A program made the translations under genes and the position numbers. From Octopus vulgaris (Eukaryota), in the NCBI GenBank assembly GCA_951406725.2, contig OX597824.1, forward strand, positions 59,396,001 through 59,460,000: DNA of 64,000 nt. The letters are read 5' to 3'. This document shows positions 27,768 through 40,819 of this stretch, piece by piece. How positions within the stretch are numbered: the first letter of the stretch is position 1; every line of letters starts with the position of its first letter. The notes under the pieces are model-generated. The model was not told the DNA's origin. It saw only the letters and a list, made by a program, of their open reading frames with translations, and ran no database searches.

Positions 27768-28295
27768 CACTGGACAAAAGACATTTTCCTACTGGGGTAA
27801 GAGCAGGTGCTGATTCCGAATTCGCACTCAGAATTGTTCTAGCACATCAGGATTTTGAGTTACGTGCATTTGCAAGATTATAACTACACTGTCGGCTAAA
27901 TTCAGGCCGTATTATAAAATTTGCTAAAATGAAAGCGGTCTTAAACAATTAAGACATTTCTGAACTGAGCATACCAAAAATAAAGTGAGTACTTCCTTAA
28001 CATAAATATACTGTGTACCATTGTATTATAATACTATTTGCCTTGAACATAAATTTATTATATACAGTACTAATATACTATTATGATAATTATTTATCTT
28101 GAACTTAACTATTCCTGGTTCTAATATAGTATGAATATATAATTATGCGCATAACTCAAAATGCTGACGTGCTACATCTATTCTGAGTTCAGATTCGAAA
28201 TCAGCGTACTCTATTTAGTTTAGTACAGCACCATTTGTCTGGGTAACGGACAATAATTCGTTTTTTTTTCTTTTCTTTTTTTTTGTTATCCAGAG
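27768..28295. mobile_element. MITE-like non-autonomous DNA element with ~60-bp subterminal inverted repeats
   Basis: GCTGATTCCGAATTCGCACTCAGAATTGTTCTAGCACATCAGGATTTTGAGTTACGTGCAT pairs with ATGCGCATAACTCAAAATGCTGACGTGCTACATCTATTCTGAGTTCAGATTCGAAATCAGC; termini CACTGG.. / ..CCAGAG. Confidence 0.7.
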
Positions 28296-28755
28296 TAAGT
28301 TCCAACTGGTCAAGCATTACAACGGCTTTTTTCAAATTTCTATTCATCCTAAATCATAACAACATATGCATCTCTCACTAATCTACTAAGAGTCATCTTT
28401 AGAATTTAGGTTTTCCTTATATTAAATTTATTTATTTATTTTATATTTTTTATTTTTATTTTCATTTATCTGTTTGCTAATTATAATATTTTGTATATGT
28501 ATATAGGATATCTACAAATTTGAAAAACCTACCAATCAGATACATCTTGCTTCAAAAAGATATGATGATTACCTAAGTAGAGTTAGCTCTTTTTGAACCC
28601 TGAAGAAGTCCAAGCATAAAATAGTATGAATGTAGCAATTTTCTTGGCATGAAACATGTTTGGAAACTCCTATCTGCTTATTGGTTTTGACAGAAACATA
28701 TATGTAGTTTCTTATGTTTTTTCTTAGCTTTATTCTCCATCTTCTTCCTCTCTTG

Positions 28756-29250
28756 CAATGACTTAAGAAAATAGTCTAATAAAGAGGCATATAAGCCCTC
28801 GACAGAAAGAAAGCTTTCCTGTCTGCGTAGAAGTGGAACTCACATCACTTTGTTAACGTGACTAAGTGCGTTACCTCTACACCAACGAATCAGCCTGCAT
28901 TTTCCTGTCAAATTTAAGAGCTATAACAGTTCGTGCTTGTTTTTTTTATATGTAAACAAACTTTCTATATGCTTTCGGTGCAAATGGGGTTTTTTTTATA
29001 CAATCCTGTAAATAATAATAATGGTATTTTTATATAAACTTAAAGTTTATGGCGATCACCGTGCAATGACTAAGGAAAATAGTCTAATAAAGGGGCATAT
29101 AAGCCCTCGACAGAAAAAAGGCTTTCCTATCCGCGTAGGAGTCGAACCCACATCCCTTTGTTAACGCGACTAAGTGTGTTACCACAGCAAGTTTGTTTAC
29201 ATATAAAAAAAACAAAAACAAACACGAACAGTTATAGTTCTTAAATTTAA
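28756..29250 (-). repeat. Duplicated tRNA-like segment (28756-28880 and 29063-29185) plus a short inverted duplication
   Basis: Minus strand A-box TGGTGTAGAGG (first copy) and B-box GGTTCGACTCC (second copy); 28911-28963 reappears inverted at 29189-29248. Confidence 0.7.
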
Positions 29251-29549
29251 CATCGTGACATTCCTTCCGGATCTTTATGTTCTGAGTTCAAATGCTGCCG
29301 AAGTCGACTCTGCCTTTCATCTTTTTGGGATCGATAAAATGAAAAACAAATATGTAATGTAATTGACTTACCTTTCCCTAAAGCTTACTGTCCTTGTTCC
29401 AAAATTAGAAGCCTGCTATTATCATAATTCATTTGCATAATTTGCTATTTTATCTGGATCGAAGGTGAGAGGCTTTTTGAAACAGGATCTCGACGTGAAT
29501 ACACATATCTTGACTCCGTATATCTAAATTGTGAATGTATTAGTGAATA

Positions 29550-29800
29550 AAGACACGTGGCATAGTGGTTAGGATGTCATACCCAACCTTACAAGACCAT
29601 ATTTTCGATTTGTGTTCGTGAGCAAAACGCTTCATTTCACGTTTTCTAGTTCACTCAGCTGTAAATAGGTAACCTTGTGACGTACTGGTACTCAATCCAG
29701 GAGAAATGTTGGCCAGCCTGCCGAGCTAAAATGGTGGTATCATTTGAAAATTGAAACAGCGAATCTTAATGTGACCAGCGTTGTATAACAATATCCGAAA
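29550..29800 (+). mobile_element. Decayed tRNA-derived SINE immediately upstream of SLC22 exon B
   Basis: A-box TGGCATAGTGGTTAG; CACTCAGCTGTAAATAGGTAACC core shared with the SINE at 11607-11890. Confidence 0.7.
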
Positions 29801-29852
29801 CTTTTGTTGGTACCGTGTCGAAAAAACTTTGATAAAAAATTTTAGATCAAAG

Positions 29853-29994
29853 ATGTCACAGGAAACAGAATATGATTTTGATGGTCTCTTTATTGATTTG
29901 AAACAATTTGGTAAATTTCAAATTCTTCAACCATTAGCAATAATGTTTTCTGCGCTGTTGGAATGTTTTTCATTGCTACAAATCGTCTTCCTGG
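29853..29994 (+). CDS. SLC22 first coding exon, copy B
   Basis: MSQETEYDFDGLFIDLKQFGKFQILQPLAIMFSALLECFSLLQIVFL(G); 31/48 aa identical to copy A; 142 nt; G|GTAAGT donor; the next ~270 nt of intron are homologous to the intron after copy A. Confidence 0.85.
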
Positions 29995-30274
29995 GTAAGT
30001 AGTGATTTATAAGACTTGTTTATTTAAATTTAGCATTTAATTTTGATGTCAGAAATATTTTGTTCAAGAAGGGTGGTAATTTGTGGTTGAGGCAGCTGAT
30101 AGCAGAGCTGTTCTTGTTTTGCCACAATTCAGCCATTTCCAAGTATGCTCAATGATGTTCCATTCATGGACATCCTTTTGTGTTTTTATAATAATATATT
30201 TAATATTGGGTTTTGCAACCTGTTGCTTCTTATTCTTGTGTGGTCTTTGTAACCGACAGAATGATCTCTCTTAA

Positions 30275-31250
30275 ATCAATGTCGAAGTTACACTTTGTTC
30301 TGTAGAAATCAGTTAAATAATCATAGGTAAGGTACTGTCCAGATATTTGTAGTTTTCCCCGCAGAAATATTACGCTTTCCTTTGCATCATTTTTCTAACT
30401 AGTAGTTGCTCAAAACATCCTCATACTTCCTTTCTTCTCGCCCCTACCGCTATGCTCTAGGGTTACAATATTGTTAGTGGCACAATGGCCTCGTAGAAAC
30501 AAGTTGAAGCAGCCGGTATTTTGATAGGCTATTGGGCGGTAACTTTTAGATACGGTTGTTTGGTTATTTTGCGGTATGAGAAGGGTGGTGGCACTTGGAA
30601 GCCATTTGGATGTGTTTAACGTGCCCTTAATACTCTTCTCCAAAGGTCGTATTGAATCTCGCCGATAGAAGTTGAGATTTTTTTAAAAATCAATATCCTG
30701 AAATAAATCCCGGGCCTGAGAATTTCCTATTTGGTATCCTTCACGCAATTGTTTCTAACACTGCACTGTCGATTTCGAACAGTTTTTGTTTAACATGTTT
30801 ACAGTATCCCTGTTCTAATTCTTCAATCCATTCAGTTTTTCCGTTGAGTTCATCATTCCTTTCTCAAACTGACTCCAGTAACTTCTCACTTGTTCTGTTG
30901 ATGGGATGTTTCTTACGGATATTTTGTTATTTTATTGAAGTTACGACTGCCTGATTTGGGGTCTCGAACAACCTATTCAGTTTTCATTTTATAATCTGCA
31001 GAATTTATATTTCAATTTGTCAACTGTTGCTGCTAGTTCTTGTTTTGGCTGATGGAGTTTGGAATTTAAGGTTTTAGCTTTTGAGCCACCAGTCTGCTTT
31101 CCTAGTTTATCTTTTAACTGTTCCTGGTGTTTCATGATTTTGTTGATCGTGTTGCACTTCATAACTACGGCAAACTGCGAGACAGTTCTTCGAAGTGTAG
31201 CGATATTGATATCCTCACTGTTTGAGAGACACAATAAGAATGATCTCGTT
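30275..31250 (-). mobile_element. R4/Dong-like LINE internal fragment, heavily decayed
   Basis: KWLPSATTLLIPQNNQTTVSKSYRPIAYQNT; upstream basic linker QPKQELAATVDKLKYK. Confidence 0.65.
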
Positions 31251-31809
31251 TGAGATTACATCCATCTGGGGCTAGTTTGACCCCGTTGTATCCACTGATC
31301 TGATTTGTTGGCAGCTGGCGTGGTCTATCTCTCGACTTATTTCGCGCCAGAGTGTACAGCTAACCAATCACGGCCTTCGGATAAGGCCTGCTTCATTTGA
31401 GCCACCTTAACTCTTTATAAGGCGCTTGTTTTCATTATTCTTGGCCTTTCGGCTTTAGACCTTTTAAGGTCTAGTCACTGACCACAGAGCTACTCAGCTA
31501 TGTTCCAGTTCCAGCGACAGACGACCAGCCATGCTCCAGCTTCAGCCTCTATGATGCTAATGTACGCCCGCAACGTAGAACATTCTCAATCTCCGCCGCC
31601 GTAATCACCATCGTCGTACTTCATCTTCACGTCGTCTCCACCATCGTCGCTATTCCACCGTCGACTTCAACAACATGTACACATCAATACCGACCAAGTT
31701 TAACTCGCGCTGTTAGTGTGAATCTTTCACCACGGAAAACAGTTGCAGTATCTCTAAAGAACTTACTATATCAAGACTCGGTACGGCATGATAACCCCAA
31801 CCTCTACAA

Positions 31810-32256
31810 GTGTAGTAACTGGCTCTGCCACGTAGACCGCTAACATCTTGTTATAGAACTCTTAGTATCGTGTACCTCATGAACTGGTAAACTAACTCTA
31901 TCTTAACTCAATATGCTGAGACTTATCATATGCTCTGTATTTCTGTTTATGTGCATTCACCTTTTGTCTGTACCTTCTGTCGCACACACGAAGACACAGA
32001 CACAAATACTTGTCGCACGCATTCATACATAACACTTCGCTAGAACTGACACACACTCTCTCTGTACACATTGTGGGTAAAGTCCTTTTCTCTCTCAAAC
32101 AGTAGAACGGTTTGTTGTCCTCATTCATTTACTCCTTTGGCACCGTATGTTATAGTATGTATCTGGTGTCTCTTATTATGCTAGGGAACGACCGTGCGGC
32201 GTTCTAAAGGGGACATTTGTCGTCAACTCCTTACGTGCGGTTGTCTAAACCCTACA
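31810..32256 (-). mobile_element. Possible LTR with adjacent internal sequence extending to ~31250
   Basis: Minus strand begins TGTAGGG and ends ..CTACA; GC-richer, non-coding; no clear PBS and no second LTR seen. Confidence 0.25.
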
Positions 32257-32789
32257 GAAGAAACAGAATTTATTTTTCAACTAGGCACTGAATGTTTACC
32301 TTTGCCTTTATTGTGCAACCCCCACCCCTTGTGGTAGGCAAGCAATCTCATTGCTGACACATAGTCTCCTACGTGGGATTTGATTCAGTATACATTAGAT
32401 AATTATTTCATTTATTACCTGACGTTCTATTTTAGAAGTCTCTTTTTTTATGTCCATTTTAATGTCTCGAACCTGCTGCAATATATTTTCCTACCCCACT
32501 TTCAGAGAACTAAATATATTTTGATATTCCTTGTTCGAGAAAGTTATTATTTGACAGACTATTTCGCTGAGAATGAACAATTCTGTTGGTGGTGATAAGG
32601 GATGTTGTTGCTGTTGCATGATCACTGAATGTCTGTTGTCGGCGAAGCAAGTTGATTTCTACTATTATTGTCCAGCCTAACTTTTCGCAGACAACATTAC
32701 TGTTGTTGTTGTTTTTTTTTATAATAATACTATTAATAATAACAACAACAAAAATAATTATACAAATAAAAATAAACGAATTAGTCTAC

Positions 32790-33000
32790 ACCTTTTACAT
32801 AAAAATATAGTGGTATAACCCTTCACGAGCTACAAATATCGTTTCGCATCTAGCAAGAACATTTTTCAAGATATTAAGAAAGCAATTTCCGCCTTCTAGT
32901 AGATATAATAGAATCTTTAACAAACAGATGATTAAGATCGCTTTTGCTACCCCAACTAATCTAACTGATTACACTGCAGCTGTTAATCGTTTCAGAGTTA
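32790..33000 (+). mobile_element. Penelope-like fragment (RT-EN linker)
   Basis: NIVVYNPS....LARTFFKILRKQFPPSSRYNRIFNKQMIKIAFA. Confidence 0.7.
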
Positions 33001-33249
33001 ATCAAATATCTCCCGGTATTAGTAATTGCATTAACCTTAACAGGGATGCAACCCAAATCTACTTCCCACTCAACATATTAAGCATGTAGTAGTTCGTGTG
33101 AAATTGCTTTGACTGAAATTGATTTCATCGACGATTTGCGTGTAACTACTATACCTACTACTGTACTACTTGAGACTGCTTTGATATGGAGCTACAGTAA
33201 CAACAACAATAACAATAATAATAATGATTGTTATTATTATTATTATTAT

Positions 33250-36010
33250 TGAAACAAAAATATCATACAAACAAATAATCTTATCAAGGCTGCTAGTAAG
33301 ACTGCAGTGGAAACGATGGGATTGAGAACTACTGAGCACCGAACATCGACAGATAGGAGGGAAAATAAACAACCGTAGTGGAAAAGGAGAATTTCTGAAG
33401 ATTTAAACGCCTAGAGCAGTGTAGTGTCAATACTTGTTAGGAAAAGAAATGGAGAACTTAAGAATGAATGGAAATTCGAAAAAGTTAGGAAGAAGTATGG
33501 TATAGATACAAAAGACCTGAATGTTGTAATTGAAGAACTAAAGCAGCGTATATATGCAATAAAAAGCAAAGCTAAATATATTTGAACGACAGATTTAGCA
33601 ATACCGGCAAAATAAATTGTTTAAAACCGATCAAAAAAGATTTTATTTAGAGATTAATGTTGATAAAACACGTGAAAAATTAGTCCCTGATGCTGATGAA
33701 AGTCGCCTTTTCCGGGGTAAGATATGGAGCAAGTGAGAACAACATGATACTACAGCTGAATGGCTCCGAAGCCTGAAGCAAACAGCTTCTTATCCCAAGC
33801 AAGAGGCTATCCACTTCACAGAAGGCAGTATCAGAAATACGAGTAAAAAGATAAGCAATTGGAAAACAGTAGGACCTGATGGTGTACAGGGATCTTGGAT
33901 GAAAAAGTTCAGGAGTTGTCATTAATTGATCGCAGAGCAATTTAATGCATTGATCAATGGAGAAGAAGAAATCCTGGATTGGGTAAGAAAAGGACGAACG
34001 GTGTAGTGCCTGAAGGATGCATACTGATAATTACGAACCAATTTCCTGCCTCCCATTAATGTGGAAGTACTGTCAATAGGAATTGCTGAAGAACTCTGTA
34101 TAAATTTCTTAATAGGCTGCAGAAGAAAATTCAGAAGTACCGGAGATCAACTATTGATAGACAAAATGGTAATACAAGATTGTAAACGAAGGAAAATCAA
34201 TTTTGGAATGACCTGGGTTGATTATCACAAAGCTTATATGATTCTACATTTGTGGATCATCGAGTGCTTAGACCTGTTTGGAATTGCGAGAAATGTAACG
34301 TGTTTCCGGAAGAGAGGTATGGGGGAATGGAAAACTGAACTGACAACTTACGGAAAAAGCTTGGACACCTTGGTTATCAGAAGAAAGATTTTCCAGGATG
34401 ATAGCCTATCTACATTGCTTTTTATTTTTGCATGATATCCCTGACTTTGGTACTAAAGGAAATGAACCTGGAGTACCAAATAAAGGGAAAACCCAAAACA
34501 ATCAGCCACCTCCCCTTCATGGATGATTTGAGACTGTATGGCAAAGATGAGGCACAAGTGAGTTCTTTGGGTAACACGGTCCACTGTTTTAGTAATGATA
34601 TTAGAATGGAATTTGGACTCAAGAAATGCGGATTAATCTACCTAAAAAGAGGAAAGGTACAGTCCCTAGCAGGGATAGAATTACCGAATAGAGACTTGAT
34701 TAAACAAACTGAAACGGAGGGATACAAATACCTTGATGTACTGGAGTTCAACGAGATAATGGAAAAGTAAATGAAAGAGCAACTGAGGATGGAGTATTTC
34801 CGTAGACTGAAGTTGATGTTGCGCCCCAAATTGACTAGGGCGAATAAAATCCAAGCAGTTAATACGTGTGTGATAGCATCACTTCGTTATGAAACGGGAA
34901 TTATAAAAGGGCAAAAGAGAGAAGTGAAAATAATGGATACCAAGACCAGAAAAATGTTGACAGTACACGGAGCCTTCTAACCTAAGAGTGACACCGATAG
35001 GCTATACTCGTCCCGAAGAAAGGTCGGGAAATGTTTCATCAGATTCCAGGGCTGTATCGAAGCAAAGGAAAACAGCTTAGTGTGATATTTAAAAAATGCC
35101 GTTGGGCCACTATTGAAAACCACGAAGAAGACTGAAAATCGTGTAACTAAAGAAAAATTGAAACAAGAAATGAACAAAGAAAAAAGAAAAAGCATGGAAG
35201 GAAAAGAAAATGTACGGTCAGTTTGCAAGAGATATGAGCACCACGACAGATACAAAGGTCTAGTGGCAATGGATGAGGAGGAGTGATTTGAAAATAGAGA
35301 CAGAAGCATTCATATGCGCTGCTCAGGAACAAGCATTAAGGGTCAACTATGTGAGATGCAGAATAGACAACTCTACCTATAGCGACAAATGCAGAATGTG
35401 TGGTAAGAGGGATGAAACAGTATGGCACGTCGTTAGCGAATGTCAGAAATTGGCACAACGCGAATTCAAAAGACTCCATGACAAAGTGCAAAGAATGATC
35501 TATTGAGAACTGTGGAAATCACGGCCTACAAAGAGCAAAGACGTTTTACGAGCAAACTCCAGAATGAATCACCGAAAATGAGAATTGCAAAATCCTGTGG
35601 GATGCAATGATCCAGTGCGATCACCCGCTCAGGCATCGGAAAGCGGACATTGTTGTGGTAAATGAAAAACAAAGAACACGCATGATCATCGACATAGCAT
35701 GCTCCGGTGACAACAGGATCAGACAATTTGAAGTGGGAAATACGAAGATTGTGGTCAAAGAGAGTAGACGTGATACCAATAGTAAGTGAATCACTTGGAA
35801 GTATCAGCACCCATCTACCAACAAGCCTAAAAAAGATTGGTGCAAGTGTGCAAATAGAACACCTACAAAAATCAACGTCGCTTGGAACTGCAAGAATTCT
35901 TCTCAGAATTCTTGAAGCATGACCAGTAAACCACTGTCGACTTAATCTGCAAGCTGTGGACAGCTGACACTTTCCATCATACCCAGCAAAATAAGCTGTG
36001 AGTTTTCATA
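33250..36010 (+). mobile_element. Dong/R4-clade LINE, 5'-truncated, degenerate
   Basis: [62 protein letters not shown] (CCHC), ADIV/IDIAC endonuclease motifs, GTARILLRILEA*; short AAT/ATT tracts at both ends. Confidence 0.9.
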
Positions 36011-36024
36011 TAATAATAAAATAT

Positions 36025-36960
36025 TATCTAATTGCGTGTAGAACTTCCTGCAAATGAATGACAAATTCCCAGTAGAAAAGAAAGGATGCAGAAGGAAAAG
36101 CCGAGGGACTAAAGACTAATTTCTGATAGATGGCACTGAACGTCTGCAAGTAAAGACCTACTAATATGGGCATGGCGTGGATCGATTATAAGAAAGTGTA
36201 TGACATGGACCCCACTCCTGGATTTTAGAAAGTACTGGAGCTGATACATGTGTCTGATAGCATATCAAATTTTGTCAGGAGATCAATGAAAAACTGGAAT
36301 ACAGAGTTAACTTCATGTGGAAAATGTTTAGTGAGGATTAACATCAAGTGAGGAATATTTCAAGGAGAAAGCTTATCACCATTGCAGTTTGTGATTTGTG
36401 TGATACTCCACACATAGACACTACGCAAAGTGATATCGGAGTACACCTTGAAAAGTGAAGGAAAATTAAATCATCTCTTATATGTGGGTGACTTAAATAT
36501 CTTTGGGAAGACCGAACGCGAAATAAATGGCCAAGTTTCAACAGTGCAGATATTCAGCAAGAATATCGGAATGGAATTTGGGATTAAAAAGTGTGGTTTG
36601 CTTATAATACAAAGAGGAAAAGTAGGGTCGACTAGAAAATAAAGGATATTGAGACTAATGAATATAAATATCTGGAAATGTTGGAATACGACAAAATCAA
36701 GGCATGTGAAATGAAGGAAAACTTTAGGCGAGAATATCCTAGGAAAAAAATTAATTATAGAAATTAGACTCAATGAAAAAAATGAGATCAGGACAATGAA
36801 CACATAGGCTGTTTACTTAATGCGATATGGCGCAGGTGTTGTCAGGTAGACAAAGAAAGAGCCTGGGAAATGGATAGGAAAATCAGAAAGCTTATGACAA
36901 CAAGGAATTACACACCAAAAGCGATATTGACAGACTGTACAGTCTACGAAGAGGGGAGGA
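36025..36960 (+). mobile_element. Second Dong/R4 RT fragment, tandem to the previous copy
   Basis: EKKGCRRKSRGTKD, AWIDYKKVYD, GIFQGESLSP, NHLLYVGDLNIFG, FGIKKCG. Confidence 0.85.
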
Positions 36961-37262
36961 AGCTCGCTAGCTAAACAACCTTTCATCCCTAGACATTCTA
37001 GCCGGCATATATCTCTCCCTTCTTTTTCTAATACTATTCCTTTGTCTTAAAACTAGTGTAACTCAATCTATCCCTGTCCATCCCTTCACTTCCCCGACAT
37101 TCATCTTTTTTTATTAACAGTTATTTGTCTATATTCACAAATGCTTGCAATTCTTATTATAGAAAGATAATAGTAATTGAAAATTGTAGCAATGTTTCAT
37201 TCTCTAACCAACATGACAGCCAAAACTCAAGATATTTAGCGAGAAACAACTTTATGTGTGGA

Positions 37263-37365
37263 TGTACCTGATGAGAACTGGACTGCAAGATGGATGAAAC
37301 ACATGTTGAACGGAGTCCCCTCCACAAGAGAGAATAGCAGGATGGATCGAAACGTCAATTGTACA
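37263..37365 (+). ncRNA. Degenerate hammerhead-ribozyme-like motif (Penelope/retrozyme type)
   Basis: TGTAC-CTGATGA ... C-GAAAC-GTC ... GTACA: core boxes in type I order with a possible stem I TGTAC/GTACA; stem II is only partly paired. Confidence 0.35.
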
Positions 37366-37419
37366 AATTAAAAATTAATACCAAATCCATATTTTGGTTA
37401 CTTAAGAAATTATTGTTTT

Positions 37420-37893
37420 GTCTTGGTATAAAAGATGAGCTACAGCAAATATTCTGCTCAATACCACAGATTTGCTTGTCAGTTGTTTGACCGTAAGCAG
37501 TTGAGCATGCCCCTTAGTGGCTGACGATATGTGCATCTCTGATCACGAGCAGAAGTAGTGGGGGAGGATCATAGCCATGTGCTGAGAGGGATTCTTTGGG
37601 GTTTGAATAATTCACCTCTGGAAACATGGGTGTTTCGTTCAACATCCTTAAACACCCCTAATACAGGGACCTTCTGAGCGGGATGGGTTACTGGACCAGA
37701 AGAAAACTCTAACTGGGCCCCACCTGCAAGGTCATGCGCTGTTTATCTTGATATGAGATCACCATGTCGCGCACATATGGTTGTGATGAATGTGCCTGAT
37801 GTACCCTTATCAGAGGAGTAGTCATAATGGATATACTAGGCTTCGTATATTTTACCCCAGTGCCACTTTGATTGCATGCACTGCTCTCTCACT
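37420..37893 (+). mobile_element. ~480-bp non-coding interspersed repeat ending in a long (AAT)n tail
   Basis: Second partial copy at 25120-25268; tail 37894-38025; no tRNA head and no ORF seen. Confidence 0.7.
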
Positions 37894-37931
37894 CAATAAT
37901 AATAATGATGATGATGATAATAATAATAATG

Positions 37932-37996
<65 letters not shown>

Positions 37997-38477
37997 GATG
38001 ATAATAATAATAATAATAATAATAACTAAACTACCCATGAACCATTGGGTCACCGGGGAAGTCTGAGTTTCTCACGTGTAAACGGCTCCTTTCCTCAGAA
38101 GCGGGAAAATGGCTGCTATTTCTTGCACTTCTTACTACCATGTAACAGGTATTTTGAGTCCTTTATAGCAAATAGCTGTTACGTGGTAGTAGGGCATGTT
38201 AGAAATAACAGCCAACACTTTTAACGTGAAATACGTTGAACGCACTCCAAAGAAACCTATGTAAAAAAGCTATTTCACACCAAAGTTACGAACGGCTCGT
38301 TTACGAAATATTTACTGTATTTTAAAAGTTATTTTCACTTTAAATATTTTGCCCATCTCTAATGGAAAGGTTAGAGTTTCTTCCCTTTCAGGGTTAAGTT
38401 ATTTTCGGAGAATTTTCCCCTTATGCACTGTTTTAGAATTATTATTAGTAGTAGTATTAGTATTAGTATTATTATTA

Positions 38478-38536
<59 letters not shown>

Positions 38537-38578
38537 CATTGTCATCATCATCATCATCAACATCATCATCATCATCAT

Positions 38579-38620
<42 letters not shown>

Positions 38621-38865
38621 ATACACATACTCACACACACACACACTTAGTAATCTCTCAACTATCGTGGGTGTTACGTTCCAAAACCTCTCATACCTCT
38701 CATAGAAATGATTAAAATTTAAAAGGATATGAATACCAATCGACCGCAGAAACCCGGGTTTTTTCCAGTCCTTTTTTGTATCGTCTAACTGTCCGAATGT
38801 TTTGTTGTCGCCTGTTACGTTCTTGTTCCATTTATGTTTTGTTTATATATTTATACATACACATA

Positions 38866-39815
38866 CAGGGTATCCCGAAATTAAGGCGACCGAAGTTTCG
38901 CACTTTATAACTATCAATAAATATATGATACGAAAATTATATATCATTATAAAAGCTTCGTGTATCTTCTTTTTGTTTAAAACTGAATAAACTTGTATTT
39001 ATAATTTAGATAACGGCTATAGATCGAAATACAATCATAACCCTCCATAAATGAGGCGAAAGTAATACAGCTGTAGCGAAAAAGCTTAAAATTAGTCGAG
39101 CAACAGTTTGGAAAATTTCAAGAGACTGGTTCCACCGCTGCTCGATCTGGACGTGGCCGAAAAAGAAGTGTGCGGACCACTCAGTTTATCAACTGTACCA
39201 AAGAAAAGATACGGCGAAATCCTGGTCGTTCCGACAGAAAACTAACTGCCACAACAAATGTAAGCCAAACATCGATGTATCAAGTGCTGAAGGAGGATCC
39301 TAGGACCCGCCCATATAAGATGATCCGTCGTCATGAGCTCACGCAAGATTATAAGGTCAAGAGACTAGAGAAAAGTCGTCTTATGCTGCGTCAGATTGCT
39401 GAAAGCACGCTGCCCAACTGAGTGCTGATACTGATGGAAAGTCGCAGCAGCCAACTTCGCAAGTAAAGAAGACCTCGTACCATCCCTTCACAAGCGCCTC
39501 ATCATTGGTGAAAGAAATTGACATCGAACAGACAGTAAACCACCAGAATGATCAACTTTGGAGTGTATCTGGCTCCATCGAGGGTAGACTCGTAAATCGA
39601 CGGCAAAATCGGTTATGGTTTTGGCGGCTGTGAGAGCCACTGGAAGGTCTCTCCACGTTTTTGTGCCCTCAGGTGTTAAGATCAACACTCAACGATATAT
39701 TAGCGGCATTTTGGAAGCTGAACTGCCACCATGGGTGAATGAGCACTTGCAAGGTGCACTTTGGAGTCTCCAAGAGGGACTCGGCACCATCCCACAGCTC
39801 CAAACAGACACATTT
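38866..39815 (+). mobile_element. Tc1/mariner maT (DD37D)-like transposon, degenerate and 3'-truncated
   Basis: TA|CAGGGTATCCC start; HTH region SGRGRKRSVRT...IRRNPGRS; MVLAAV..TGRSLHVFVPSGVKINTQRY; DSAPSH. Confidence 0.8.
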
Positions 39816-40189
39816 CTGCTCTGTACTACTGTCATAACAATAACCAATGACCCTTCGTTATTTTATTGAATCAATGACTTTCGTATCATATGCTGAGATT
39901 AAATAGTCGACAACCGCAAGAAGAATAAAAAAAATATAAGTTTTTAAATCCTTCATCTTTATTTGACAAAAAATATGATTAACCTGGAGAAACATGACTT
40001 ATCAATGTAATGCTATTTTATAATAATTTCAAAATGGTTCATAATAATTCCATTTAATGGTGTTACAGAATTAATTAATTAATTATCCATTAATTAATTA
40101 TCTTTTTCATTCTAAAAATTCCTACTCTAGACTATTAGGTTACACATTACCATAATCATGTTATTATAATCACGTTACTACGTCGTACA

Positions 40190-40720
40190 CCATTGGAAGA
40201 AGCTTGATATCAATTGAGGCATAACAAGATCTTTTCAGAAATTAGATGAACCTCCAGATAATTAATTGCATTTAAGGATAGTCAAAGTATCAAATTTCTA
40301 AGGGAAAATGACAAGACTCCAAACGTACGCGTTACAGTTGGGGGATCCGTTTTGCATCAAGCCTTAGACTAGAAAACGAGATGGCCCCGAAGGGTTGACT
40401 CATCTTCCTGGAAGAAGTCGCGTTAACATCGCTTGAACCACACCTGTTTCTGCAATCCTAGAATGCAAAAACAATCACCATGGTTGAATTTAATAGTGCC
40501 CTGAGAAAACAGATTTGACATTCCTCACCAGCTGAAGAAAGCCAAATATCAGGACTTAGTTGATGAGTCGCTTGTGAAGGGATGGTACGAGGTCTTCTTT
40601 ACTTTCGTAGTTGGCTGCTGCGACTTTCCATCAGTATCAGCACTCTATTTCCTTCAAAGACTGGTTTGAAACCCAAACAGCTGAGGAAAGACATCAAAGA
40701 AAGATTTCCTTCTCATATTG
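40190..40720 (+). mobile_element. Restriction-like-endonuclease LINE 3' fragment (HERO/NeSL-like)
   Basis: N*RHNKI; TITMVE..VP*ENRFDIPHQLKKAKYQDLVDE...GW....F.VGCCDF. Confidence 0.6.
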
Positions 40721-40819
40721 ATAATTATAATATTGCTTTGGATCTGCGCTGAATTATTTTCATTTACATCTTTTCAATAATAAAGAAAGCTGCTTCTTAG
40801 TTCGATGTGATCGTGTAAC

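Noticed and set aside
28810-28895. Functional tRNA gene
   Set aside because: The anticodon arm does not pair convincingly and the B-box is mutated in the complete copy; more likely a SINE head or pseudogene.
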